From positions 7,665 through 71,664 of the forward strand of contig CALRHL010000002.1 in assembly GCA_943359455.1 (NCBI GenBank): a stretch of DNA of 64,000 nt, written 5' to 3'. The position numbers and the translations under genes were made by a program. This DNA comes from Candidatus Uhrbacteria bacterium RIFOXYB12_FULL_58_10. Its GTDB lineage: Bacteria; Patescibacteriota; Patescibacteriia; UBA9934; GWF2-40-263. Within the stretch, counting starts at the first letter, position 1. Each line of letters opens with the position of its first letter. The notes beneath the pieces are model-generated. The model had not been told where the DNA came from. It did not search any database and saw only the letters and a list, made by a program, of their open reading frames with translations. Of this stretch, positions 40,901 through 48,738 are shown one piece after another.

Positions 40901-41344
40901 GCGCGGTTTAAGCCAGTGGATTATCCACCAGAGCGTCGCAATAATGCCTTTGCCCATGATGAAGCGGCGGTGCTCGCGAAATACATCCCCGGACTTTCCG
41001 ATCTTTCCGCGGAGGCATTTGCCGCGCTTTGGGATCTCACGATCAATAACAATCGCACGGCTGGCGGTGATCGTCATGCAACCGCTCCACGGGTGGAAGC
41101 ATGCAAAAAATTGCGCGAAATTATAAAAACCGCTTCTCGTGTTCGTGATGCCTATCGAGCATTTCGCACGGGTGCATCCAATGACCCGATCGAGTTTGTA
41201 TTTTCCATGCGCGAAACAACCGACATTGCGCTTGAAATTGCGCATCAGCCTAACTTGAAAAAAGCGATTCAGAATGTTGTTCTTCCAAAAATTGGCGATC
41301 CGGAGGAACGAGAACGCGTGAAGGTGATAATTGATAATGCGTAA
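37943..41344 (+). CDS. large MoxR/CbbQ-type AAA+ ATPase with beta-rich and helical N-terminal regions
   Basis: GEAGVGKN Walker A, LDEIN Walker B, AMNP, FSMRE; start MPDPARG at 37943. Confidence 0.85.
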   Translation: MPDPARGQTPPQDQEPVRDRDAVEVKITVQPPEVFEGNEKAITYDIAVTDKFVLAYQLRDQFFQYVLYDATGKPVKDEFPSGFFEKFYTSKVLEIAQGSMRGLGSIYPSHQNLNEVSYKSINIFIKKIFPSFSDEQIRFLIKRFDSRFPNGYQCNTDVASDRNFILFYPQVSISSDSTRKVFVLSDGTNAVSYPTEEKGVAINPKKMDEGCYPFKLDASPIGEAAAVKEFLTTTRGTPVPGTDVAASCERGVFNIVNVKTGDRLFSDSAVGFVFDRVTDGVLYYLDQGTNQVCKMDAKKLTLGMAPDVERTVLPFQGIVKDFTFDQNGNFFLVLVEVAGKSTLKVLEKDTMRVAYELEGVKSTMDLDSVGNLYFIDEKDRLRLANTNFAEYPKGGLEGARAKRTEKLRLLRERLEKGINIKKTTPAADEETALIDELKQKLDGIFGTAIQDATTTDELNAIGAQMESMAKEDEWKAYPSVFDRVKDRLVARDTQMKTDRLDTLAVEAETLLDSVSGPDQLMDLDRIVSELRATRRTTPLRDAKARKAVDERLKQIEMRQAEVIARERKTIQDLLPSLFDEWSAAVRESATREELTEMQGSQEALRLEGAFSLLGRETASEWKGKRQEVIARRETELRSAEMREEEQRRVEQAERVEQARELLREIESAFDTQVTDPRVIDRWLSGNPLVKRFRAVVVGLPDDLRRDEDQRFETWLKEKRRDFIHRDTLHIPKHGEEVDFGEAKFPVFHAPKTVWRPKIESIAEGSAFGRLVFEDSFGRRFEPAVGAVPIDEFNEDTQATIRAFEQNARTFFDALKREVPRFDERWVLTPHFRSELSGIARLFKTQMENQEKILILEGEAGVGKNVLIDMFAHFTNREVFTFSCNFQTEKEDLTYAFKFEPSRGTYTVDSRLITALQTPGCVIMLDEINTLPPGVTKMLNPLFDYRRCLNLPDGRVIKTHPSVLLVGAMNPQNYLGVKPLAQEVKSRARFKPVDYPPERRNNAFAHDEAAVLAKYIPGLSDLSAEAFAALWDLTINNNRTAGGDRHATAPRVEACKKLREIIKTASRVRDAYRAFRTGASNDPIEFVFSMRETTDIALEIAHQPNLKKAIQNVVLPKIGDPEERERVKVIIDNA

Positions 41345-41347
41345 TGT

Positions 41348-42418
41348 ATGTCTACGATTGCGATTGATGAGAGTTCGACGAAAAAGGTAAATCGTTCTGG
41401 GGTTGAATGGTATGCGTACCATCTCATTGAGGCGATTAAGAAACAGTCGCTTGCAGATGGCGAGAAGGTTGTTTTTTATTCTTCGGAGAATTTGAAATGG
41501 TGGTTGCCGTTTGGATGGATGAAGGGGAGAGTGAGTTGGGAAATGTGGCGACGGAAGCCAGATGTTCTTTTCGTGCCTGCGCAAGGACTCCCATTGTGTG
41601 GGAAGCGAGTGGGGGTTGTCCATGACGTGGGATTTCGGCGTGTTGCGTCGGTGTATGAATCAGGTGATAGACGACGACAGGAAAGAGAGATGAAACGCAT
41701 GGTGAAACGTGCGGCGAAGATTTTTTGTGTTTCGGAGTTTACGAAGAGAGAGATGATTGAGCTGTTTAAGGTGAGTCAGGATCGGATCGTCGTTGCTCCG
41801 AATGCGGTGGATACCAATGTGTACCGTCCGATGGACGAATCTGCGATTGCTCCGGTGTTACAGAAATATCGTCTTGGACGGCATTTTTTCTTGTATGTTG
41901 GACGCATGGATGCAAAGAAAAATGTGAAGACCATTATCCGCGCGTTTGAGCTGTTCAAAGCAAGTCGCGGGCTTGGAGATCCGTTTGAACTCGTCCTTGT
42001 TGGCTCACCCGGATTTAAATTTTCTGAAATCAAAACGTATGTTGAACGGTCAAATGCGAAACAAGCGATCAAGTATCTTGGCTATCTTCCTGAAACAGAA
42101 AATGCTGCTCTTATGAATGCAGCGACCGCGTTTCTTTTTCCATCTTGGTACGAAGGGTTTGGTGTTCCTCCCCTTGAAGCCGCCGCATGCGGCGCGCCAC
42201 TCATTATTTCTGACATCGGTGCGCATCGAGAGGTTTTGCAAGACGCGGCGATTTTTGTGAAACCAACTGAACCAGAAGCTTGGGGAAAAATCCTTATGCA
42301 GTTCGCGGCAGATCCTTCAATCGGACAAGCCTTGCGACCGAAAGGATTTGAGCGTGCCGCAGCATATTCCTGGGATGCGACTGCAAAGATTGTTTTGGAA
42401 ACGTTGCGGCGGGTGTAG
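41348..42418 (+). CDS. glycosyltransferase family 4
   Basis: HD, VSEFTK, YVGR..KKN, FPSWYEGFG.PPLEA.ACG. Confidence 0.92.
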   Translation: MSTIAIDESSTKKVNRSGVEWYAYHLIEAIKKQSLADGEKVVFYSSENLKWWLPFGWMKGRVSWEMWRRKPDVLFVPAQGLPLCGKRVGVVHDVGFRRVASVYESGDRRRQEREMKRMVKRAAKIFCVSEFTKREMIELFKVSQDRIVVAPNAVDTNVYRPMDESAIAPVLQKYRLGRHFFLYVGRMDAKKNVKTIIRAFELFKASRGLGDPFELVLVGSPGFKFSEIKTYVERSNAKQAIKYLGYLPETENAALMNAATAFLFPSWYEGFGVPPLEAAACGAPLIISDIGAHREVLQDAAIFVKPTEPEAWGKILMQFAADPSIGQALRPKGFERAAAYSWDATAKIVLETLRRV

Positions 42419-42423
42419 ACATG

Positions 42424-43002
42424 GCAGGGGTCCTGGGATGTACAGATCGGATACAGTGGTACAGATATACAGATGTACAGATGTGAAGAGTTGTTTATTG
42501 ACCTGTTCGGATCAGCACATCTGTATATCTGTACTTTTTCTGTACATCCCGTAACAACGAATCCGTATGGAGTTTGTTTATCAAGACCTGAGTTATAAAA
42601 TAAACGGAGTTCTATTTGAAGTTTATAATGAATTGGGTCCTGGATTAAAGGAAAACACTTATCAACGAGCGATTGCAGTTGCCTTATCACACACTGGCCT
42701 CAAGTTTAAGGAACAGGTATACTTTCCATTGAGGTTTAAAAATGAAGTTGTAGGATCACTCTATTTTGATTTCTTGATTGATGAAAAGATCGTTCTCGAA
42801 TTGAAAGTTGGTGAGTATTTTTCACGAAGGAATATAGAGCAAGTTCATCAGTATTTACTCTATTCAGGTTTACATCTCGGACTACTTGCAAACTTCACTC
42901 TTCACGGAGTGAAAATTAAACGCGTCGTCAATTTACAAAATAAATAATCAAATCTGTACATCTGTATATCTTGTACAGATCTGTACATCCCAGGACCCCT
43001 GC
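42424..43002. mobile_element. inverted-repeat-bounded unit carrying a GxxExxY gene
   Basis: 25-bp perfect IR 42424-42448 / 42978-43002 plus TACAGAT micro-repeats. Confidence 0.65.
42567..42947 (+). CDS. GxxExxY protein (PD-(D/E)XK-like)
   Basis: LGPGLKENTY, DFLID...LELK, GLLANF. Confidence 0.92.
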   Translation: MEFVYQDLSYKINGVLFEVYNELGPGLKENTYQRAIAVALSHTGLKFKEQVYFPLRFKNEVVGSLYFDFLIDEKIVLELKVGEYFSRRNIEQVHQYLLYSGLHLGLLANFTLHGVKIKRVVNLQNK

Positions 43003-43011
43003 TTTATCTGT

Positions 43012-43785
43012 ATGTCGAATCTCATTCAAGAACTCGGACAATTTGGTCTTTCAGAAAAAGAAGCGTCGGTGTATCTTGCCTCGCTTGAACTTGGACCTTC
43101 TCCTGTGCAGGATATTTGTCATAAAGGAAAGGTGAATCGGGCAACCACCTATGTGATGATCGAATCACTCATGAACCGTGGGCTCATGAGTTCGTTTGTG
43201 CGCGGCAAGAAACGATTTTATGTTTCGGAGTCGCCGGAACGGTTGCGCGCTGTGTTGCGAGTTCAGCGAAGAGATCTTGAAAGCAAAGAAGAGCAGTTTG
43301 AAAAAACATTCCCGATGCTCGCGGCACTGTATAACGCCGAAGGAGCAAAGCCGCAGATTCGGTATATGGAAGGGATGGAGGGAGTGAATACGGTGCGAGA
43401 ATTATTTCGAAAGCTCGACGGGGAGATTATTCAGTTTTCTCCGTTTCAACCAGCAACACCTGCTGACGAACTTGCGGAAGGATTAAACGAACATTTAAAA
43501 GAAATGGCAGCCCAAGCAATTCCTTATCGAATCCTGATTTCAATGGATTCACTGCATGTCGATCGCGTTCCAAAATTACCAAACATGGAGATGCGTATTT
43601 TGCCACCAAATCTTTTTCCTACCGAAGCGGAAATTACTGTCCGTGGGACGACAATCTGTATGTATTCTCTCAAGTCAGCCATTTTGGCGATTGTCATTAC
43701 AAGTAAGGAAATGGCTGATGGATTTCGTTCGCTTTTTGAACTCGCGTGGAAAGGGGCAGAAGAATATCCTGTTCGAAAGTCTTAG
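43012..43785 (+). CDS. TrmB family HTH transcriptional regulator
   Basis: GLSEKEASVYLASLELG, VNRATTY, EG.EG. Confidence 0.85.
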   Translation: MSNLIQELGQFGLSEKEASVYLASLELGPSPVQDICHKGKVNRATTYVMIESLMNRGLMSSFVRGKKRFYVSESPERLRAVLRVQRRDLESKEEQFEKTFPMLAALYNAEGAKPQIRYMEGMEGVNTVRELFRKLDGEIIQFSPFQPATPADELAEGLNEHLKEMAAQAIPYRILISMDSLHVDRVPKLPNMEMRILPPNLFPTEAEITVRGTTICMYSLKSAILAIVITSKEMADGFRSLFELAWKGAEEYPVRKS

Positions 43786-43946
43786 GAGACCTCTGCAAAA
43801 GTCCAGCACGGCTCCAAATCGGCCATCTTCGCACTGGACACATTCACGATTCCTCAATGATATCTGCATATCACCTCGAAATCGTTCATGTGCCCAGTAC
43901 GAATCTGACTCGATTTGGCCTCGTACTGGACTTTTGCAGAGGTCTC
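43786..43946. mobile_element. IS5-family-type MITE, 161 bp
   Basis: 21-bp TIR GAGACCTCTGCAAAAGTCCAG, TTAG duplicated on both sides (43782-85, 43947-50), internally palindromic. Confidence 0.8.
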
Positions 43947-44048
43947 TTAGAAATAAAAAACGGCTCATGCGTTTTCTTTTCGCTGAGAGCCGTCGAGGAG
44001 AGAGAGGTACGTGCAGAGGCGTACCTTTTTTGGGGAGGAGGATTCGAC

Positions 44049-44483
44049 CTAGAATTGTACGGGAATGAACGTACGCGGATCTCGATGTCGGAGTAGTTCG
44101 AGCAAACCGCTCACGGGTGCGCACCCGGGACCGAGGAAGCCGAGATGCATTCCGATTTCTTGAGACTGATTCTCGCCATGGACATACAGCGCGGTTCCTT
44201 CTTCGTCCCCTGGCTCGGCTACTTCGCGAGCAGGGATTCGAATTTTGGTCCAGTCGAGCGAGCTGTCGGCATCCTTCGATCCAGTCTCGGATCGATTGGT
44301 CGCTTCGCCGTCGTCCATCTCGGACGAGCACATCGACCAGATTGGACTGCCAGCCGTGTCGTCGGCGTCGGCGTCGGCGTCGTCAAGGTCGCGGGAACTG
44401 TCCGTGTCGACCGATCGGGGTGGGGATCCGTCAAGTTGACGGGAACGATTTTCCGGAACAAGTCCGGCCTGTAGAAGAAACAT
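44049..44483 (-). CDS. orphan acidic protein
   Basis: GGAG SD 6 nt upstream; promoter at 44606-44634. Confidence 0.45.
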   Translation of the reverse strand: MFLLQAGLVPENRSRQLDGSPPRSVDTDSSRDLDDADADADDTAGSPIWSMCSSEMDDGEATNRSETGSKDADSSLDWTKIRIPAREVAEPGDEEGTALYVHGENQSQEIGMHLGFLGPGCAPVSGLLELLRHRDPRTFIPVQF

Positions 44484-44605
44484 GTTGTACTCCGAGTAAT
44501 CGGAGAACGACCTGCTTCTGTTTGAGGCATCTGCATGCCGTCCTCCTTGTCACTCTCTACAATGTCCTCCCCCAAGATCGACGAAGTTCACCGTAGCGAG
44601 GACGC

Positions 44606-44634
44606 ACTGTATCAAAAAGCCTAGGATTTGTCAA
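44606..44634 (-). promoter_or_regulatory. sigma70 promoter
   Basis: TTGACA-N17-TACAGT on the minus strand. Confidence 0.7.
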
Positions 44635-44738
44635 GGTCATTGGAGGTCTAATCCAGCTAGCTCTGACAGATAATTTCTCCAATTTCCCTTTTAATTCCAT
44701 TGATTTATCTAATTCTGTCCCAGATAATCTGGCTCTAC

Positions 44739-44767
44739 TTGACAAATCTTTCCATTTCCATTACTCT
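44739..44767 (+). promoter_or_regulatory. sigma70 promoter
   Basis: TTGACA-N17-TACTCT. Confidence 0.6.
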
Positions 44768-44773
44768 TGTCAG

Positions 44774-44896
44774 TTCCCAAAACCCTCTGGGTATATGACT
44801 GGAGGGTCTTGGGGGCACAAATGAACTATTCAGACAGGGGAGAGACCCAAAGAGAGCTCTGCAAAGCAAAAATCCGCCTTATGGCGGATTTTTGTT
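44774..44896 (+). ncRNA. candidate small RNA of about 120 nt
   Basis: Promoter, 5' hairpin CCCAAAACCCTC/GAGGGTCTTGGG, terminator CAAAAATCCGCC/GGCGGATTTTTG. Confidence 0.4.
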
Positions 44897-45312
44897 GAGG
44901 GGAGAGACTCAGTGGGTGTAACCACGAGGTTTATCCCACATGTTCGGAGGCAAGGGATGCAGTGACTTCTCTTGCGAGGAGTGTGCACCATGGTTGTCGG
45001 GCGTATGGGGGGAGTCAGACCTAGGTCCGAGTCCACACATTTGGCAACCCCCGATTCAGTGTTTTAAAGCACCGAACCGGTTTGCTCTCTCCTCCGAGCA
45101 TGTGAGAACCTCCTCACTACGAATTTTTTCTGAGATTTTTTCTGCGAATAACGAATCGGCTACACATCTTACAAATAGCTACGTATTACTACGAATGGTT
45201 CGTTGAAATTTGTTGCTATTTGTATGATATGTGGGAGATTTGTAGTTCGCAGGAAAAATTCGTAGTGAGGGGGTGGGGAAGAGCTCGTGTTACGAGATTC
45301 CCCAGAGTCGGT

Positions 45313-45621
45313 TTACGCCGCGTACTGTCGCGATGCACGAGTCGTGTCTTTCCACGACTTGGTTTGCTGGGGCGACGGCAAGAACCAGTTCGAAACGGTC
45401 ATGCTTTCGGTAACCGTGTTGCCACCTGCGATGACCCCGCTGTCGTAGTGCTCGACGTACGACCGACGCTGCGGCTCAGGCACGAGCTTCACTTCGATTT
45501 CACCGGGACGTGAGTCGCTCTGACAGATCATCGTTCTCGAACGTGCGACGATCGAGCCGTCACCGATCTTCAGAGGACGGCACGAGCCGTCGAAACCGCG
45601 CCAAGAGCTGATTCGGGACAT
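45313..45621 (-). CDS. orphan protein, 102 aa
   Basis: AAAGGAG SD before MSRISSWRGF. Confidence 0.55.
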   Translation of the reverse strand: MSRISSWRGFDGSCRPLKIGDGSIVARSRTMICQSDSRPGEIEVKLVPEPQRRSYVEHYDSGVIAGGNTVTESMTVSNWFLPSPQQTKSWKDTTRASRQYAA

Positions 45622-46049
45622 GAATCTCCTTTCGCCTATCGAGAGGCGAGTTGTTGGGTGAGGGTGGAAGAAATGATCGTGATGGGAACGTAGAACAACG
45701 CTCCGATCATGAGAGAGAACACGACCGCGATTCCCGCGAACGTGAGGATGGGCTATTTCAGCGATGCCTTTGCGTCCCGGAAATATGGGGAGCGGTGTGG
45801 TGTGGCAGTCGCCTTGCTCTGCACAGCGTGATTGCTTTGCAGTACTGACTAATGGAGTTCGCTTTCTGTCGCGACCTCCTCGAAGGGTTGGATAATTGAT
45901 CCAGCGCTTTGAGGAAGTCTGGGTTACTAGCGGAGTTCCGCGTTCACCCAGCAGTCCATTTGTCATTGACCTCCATGACGAGGAGCATTCTCTTGAACCA
46001 CGTGCGAGACGTGATCACGGGGCTTATGCACAAACCCGTTCGAGAAGAA

Positions 46050-47207
46050 TTACTTCTTCTTGCCTTTGGCCTTGTCCGCTTGACGATCACGCTTCGATTT
46101 GGAACCGCCGGATTTCTCCGACTGCACCATTCCGGGCGTGACTTCACGCGCCTTCTTGAAGGCTGCGTCCAGTCCACCGAAACCTTCGAGCTTTCGCCCG
46201 TCGTCTCGCGGCTTGGCCGGAGCCTGCACTTGCGGTGCGGCCTTCGGCGGATCCTGACGCTTGGGAGCGTTCGAGTCCGTCCTCCCGGCGATCTTGGCTT
46301 CGCGGAAGAGTCCGCCGATCTTTCCGCCACCTTCGATGATCTTGTTGATGTTTGCTTCGGACTCAGCTTTCGCCTTGGCCGCCATCGCCTTGATCGCCTC
46401 GAGCAGGGGGAACCACCTGTAGCTTGTGTCTCGACTCGCGAGTTGGCAACCCGCGACGGAGATGAGTTCCTCACGGGTCGGATCGCGGTCACCGATCCCG
46501 AGCTTCTGCTGGACCGGGAAGATCGGTGGAACGAACGCATCCACCAACCGGATCTGGTGTGTCTGGCATCCTTTCGCCGTACACGTCACCATCTCCTCCG
46601 GCGGTTGCTCCTTCTTTGGGGGAGCCGAAGGAGGCTTTCCACCACCACCGTTCTGGGTTCGCGACGCAAGCGCCGCGATCGCCAGACTCCGGACGGCATC
46701 TTGGATGCTCGGCCGGCTCGGGGTCGGAGCGGGTTGCTCGATCGAGGCCACGGTGACCACTTCTGCGACCACCACCGATTCCTCCGGCATTTCGATCGGG
46801 GCCGAAGCTTCCGCCTCGTCCTCGATGAAACGTGCCGGGGCCTGTTCGGATTCGAGGAGCTGGACGCCAGTTTCCTCGGCTGCGGCCTCGATCACGATCT
46901 CGGCCACGGGGGCCTCGATCCTGGCCGCCGCCGCCATTTGCTCGAGCCGATCGGATGCCGCCTTGCGGTCGGCGCGATACACTTCGAGCATGGATTGAAT
47001 TTCCTCGATCGGAATCTCGAGAAGCTTCGTCCTTCCGCGGATCTCCTCGTACTTGACGAGCAGACCGGCTTTCTTGAACTCACTCCGAAGCGCGGCTCGA
47101 TCCTGCCGTACGTTGCCGTGTGCACTGAGTGCAACGACTCCGCTACGGATTTCTTCGCGACGCTCTTCGACACTGCTCGCAGAGCGAGCTTCAGATTCGT
47201 GCAACAT
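46050..47207 (-). CDS. orphan protein, 385 aa, acidic linker and basic C-terminus
   Basis: AGGAG SD; protein-like composition, unlike overlapping frames. Confidence 0.75.
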   Translation of the reverse strand: MLHESEARSASSVEERREEIRSGVVALSAHGNVRQDRAALRSEFKKAGLLVKYEEIRGRTKLLEIPIEEIQSMLEVYRADRKAASDRLEQMAAAARIEAPVAEIVIEAAAEETGVQLLESEQAPARFIEDEAEASAPIEMPEESVVVAEVVTVASIEQPAPTPSRPSIQDAVRSLAIAALASRTQNGGGGKPPSAPPKKEQPPEEMVTCTAKGCQTHQIRLVDAFVPPIFPVQQKLGIGDRDPTREELISVAGCQLASRDTSYRWFPLLEAIKAMAAKAKAESEANINKIIEGGGKIGGLFREAKIAGRTDSNAPKRQDPPKAAPQVQAPAKPRDDGRKLEGFGGLDAAFKKAREVTPGMVQSEKSGGSKSKRDRQADKAKGKKK

Positions 47208-47685
47208 GGTGGACTCCTACGGGGGGCACTCGTTTGGACAGTTGTTCCCGAGCTTGGGATTCAGCTCGCACTCGCGAGCTTACAGAACTGTGGCGCTTCG
47301 TCCTTGACAGCGCTTCTTTGAAACACGAGCGTTCAGCTCCTGCATCAGAGAAGCGCGGGGACTCCTTCACCCTCTTCCGCCGTCAATACTCCCACACGAC
47401 TCTTGCGAGCCAGGAGGATTTTCGACGGAGGAAGAGGATGCTGATCAGAGTTGGGATCAGCTCCAAGGGTTTATCGTTCTTGCGAACATTCGGTACCCCT
47501 TACCGTTTGATGGCTTCAGTTTCGCGTGCCATCGGTGAGCTTGGAGACAGTCTCTTACGAGACGGAATCATGCTCGACGCAGCGTGTCCGGGTTACAACC
47601 CTACGATCACGACTTTGCCAGCGGAAGGAGCTCGTCTCCCTCTACGCTGGCCTGACTCGGTTCCGAGAGAACGGTTACGAAGGTT

Positions 47686-48111
47686 CTACCCCTCCGTCCC
47701 CGTCGACTCGACCACCTGCTCGGCGGGGGCGCTCGTCGCCACATTCGCCGCCTTGGCCGCGTCCTGTTCCGCCTTCCACTTCTGGTCGGCGGCGCGGGCT
47801 TCCTCGAGGCGTCCGCGGAACTTTGCGAGGTCTTCCTGCGCGGTACGGAGCTGTTCGCAGACCTGGTACTTCGTGACACGAATGCCACGGTTTTGGCAGT
47901 CCGAGAAGTTCTCGCGCGCGATCCGTTCCTCGTTGCCACAACGGCTTTCGAGGGCCGAGTCGAGGATGCTCGTGAAGAGGATCACAGACTCGGGGGAGCC
48001 CACGATTTCCTTCCGCGAAAGGTTCACCAGGACGCCACCGAAGTGACGAATGGCGGCCTCGACAACATTGCGCTCGTTCTTGCCAATCCAGACAATTTGG
48101 GTCGTTTCCAT
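47686..48111 (-). CDS. orphan protein with coiled coil
   Basis: AGGAG SD before METTQIVW. Confidence 0.65.
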   Translation of the reverse strand: METTQIVWIGKNERNVVEAAIRHFGGVLVNLSRKEIVGSPESVILFTSILDSALESRCGNEERIARENFSDCQNRGIRVTKYQVCEQLRTAQEDLAKFRGRLEEARAADQKWKAEQDAAKAANVATSAPAEQVVESTGTEG

Positions 48112-48586
48112 GGTGAAAGCTCCTGTAGTGGCGTAATCGACGGAGTGTCGAATAGTGGCCAGAGCGGGATGGATGCCTTTTACAGACATACATTCCGCTC
48201 TGGCCTACTTATCCTCACCAACCTAGAGGCGTGGTGAGACTCGGTTTCTAGACGTGCAAGCACGGTTCGAATCGAGTCTCTTGGATCCAGTTGGTATGCA
48301 CTGAGTTAGCCGAGGCCAAGGCAGTGCATTTAGGACCCACATCTTCCGCGGCCCGAGGGCGTAGGAAGAATGTTTATCTCTCTCCTCCAGGTTGCTAGGG
48401 ATAAGAAGTAGTTGGGGGGGGTGGAACAAAAAACCGGTTTCTGTACGTATCTAAAGAGAGACGTGTACAAAAACCGGTCTTTCTGCCGTTGGGCGCGGGC
48501 AGGCGCGTTCTCTCTCCCCATCAATTGTGAGAGCCACATGATCGCTTCGTACGATCAGGTAACCCACTGCAATCTATCGGAGAGTA

Positions 48587-48615
48587 ATAGTATCATAATT
48601 TGGTGGAATTGTCAA
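48587..48615 (-). promoter_or_regulatory. sigma70 promoter of the orphan island
   Basis: TTGACA-N17-TACTAT with TG extension. Confidence 0.7.
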
Positions 48616-48738
48616 GAGTGGAGTGTGGATTCTGTGCTAGGTTGACAGAAATATAAGTGTCAGGATGAGCTGGAATAGATAAGGTTTGAAGGGTCGGATG
48701 GTCGGAGGTTTAATGAGACGTGTTATAATCCTTCCGAT

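Noticed and set aside
45905-46030. RNase P RNA (GAGGAAGTCTGGG ... GGCTTAT)
   Set aside because: Only about 120 nt apart, and the two halves cannot form the P4 helix
45909-47321. 470-aa plus-strand ORF, and other long overlapping ORFs at 45944..46540 and 47129..48046
   Set aside because: Arg/Leu/Ser-rich shadow frames of GC-rich minus-strand genes that have SDs
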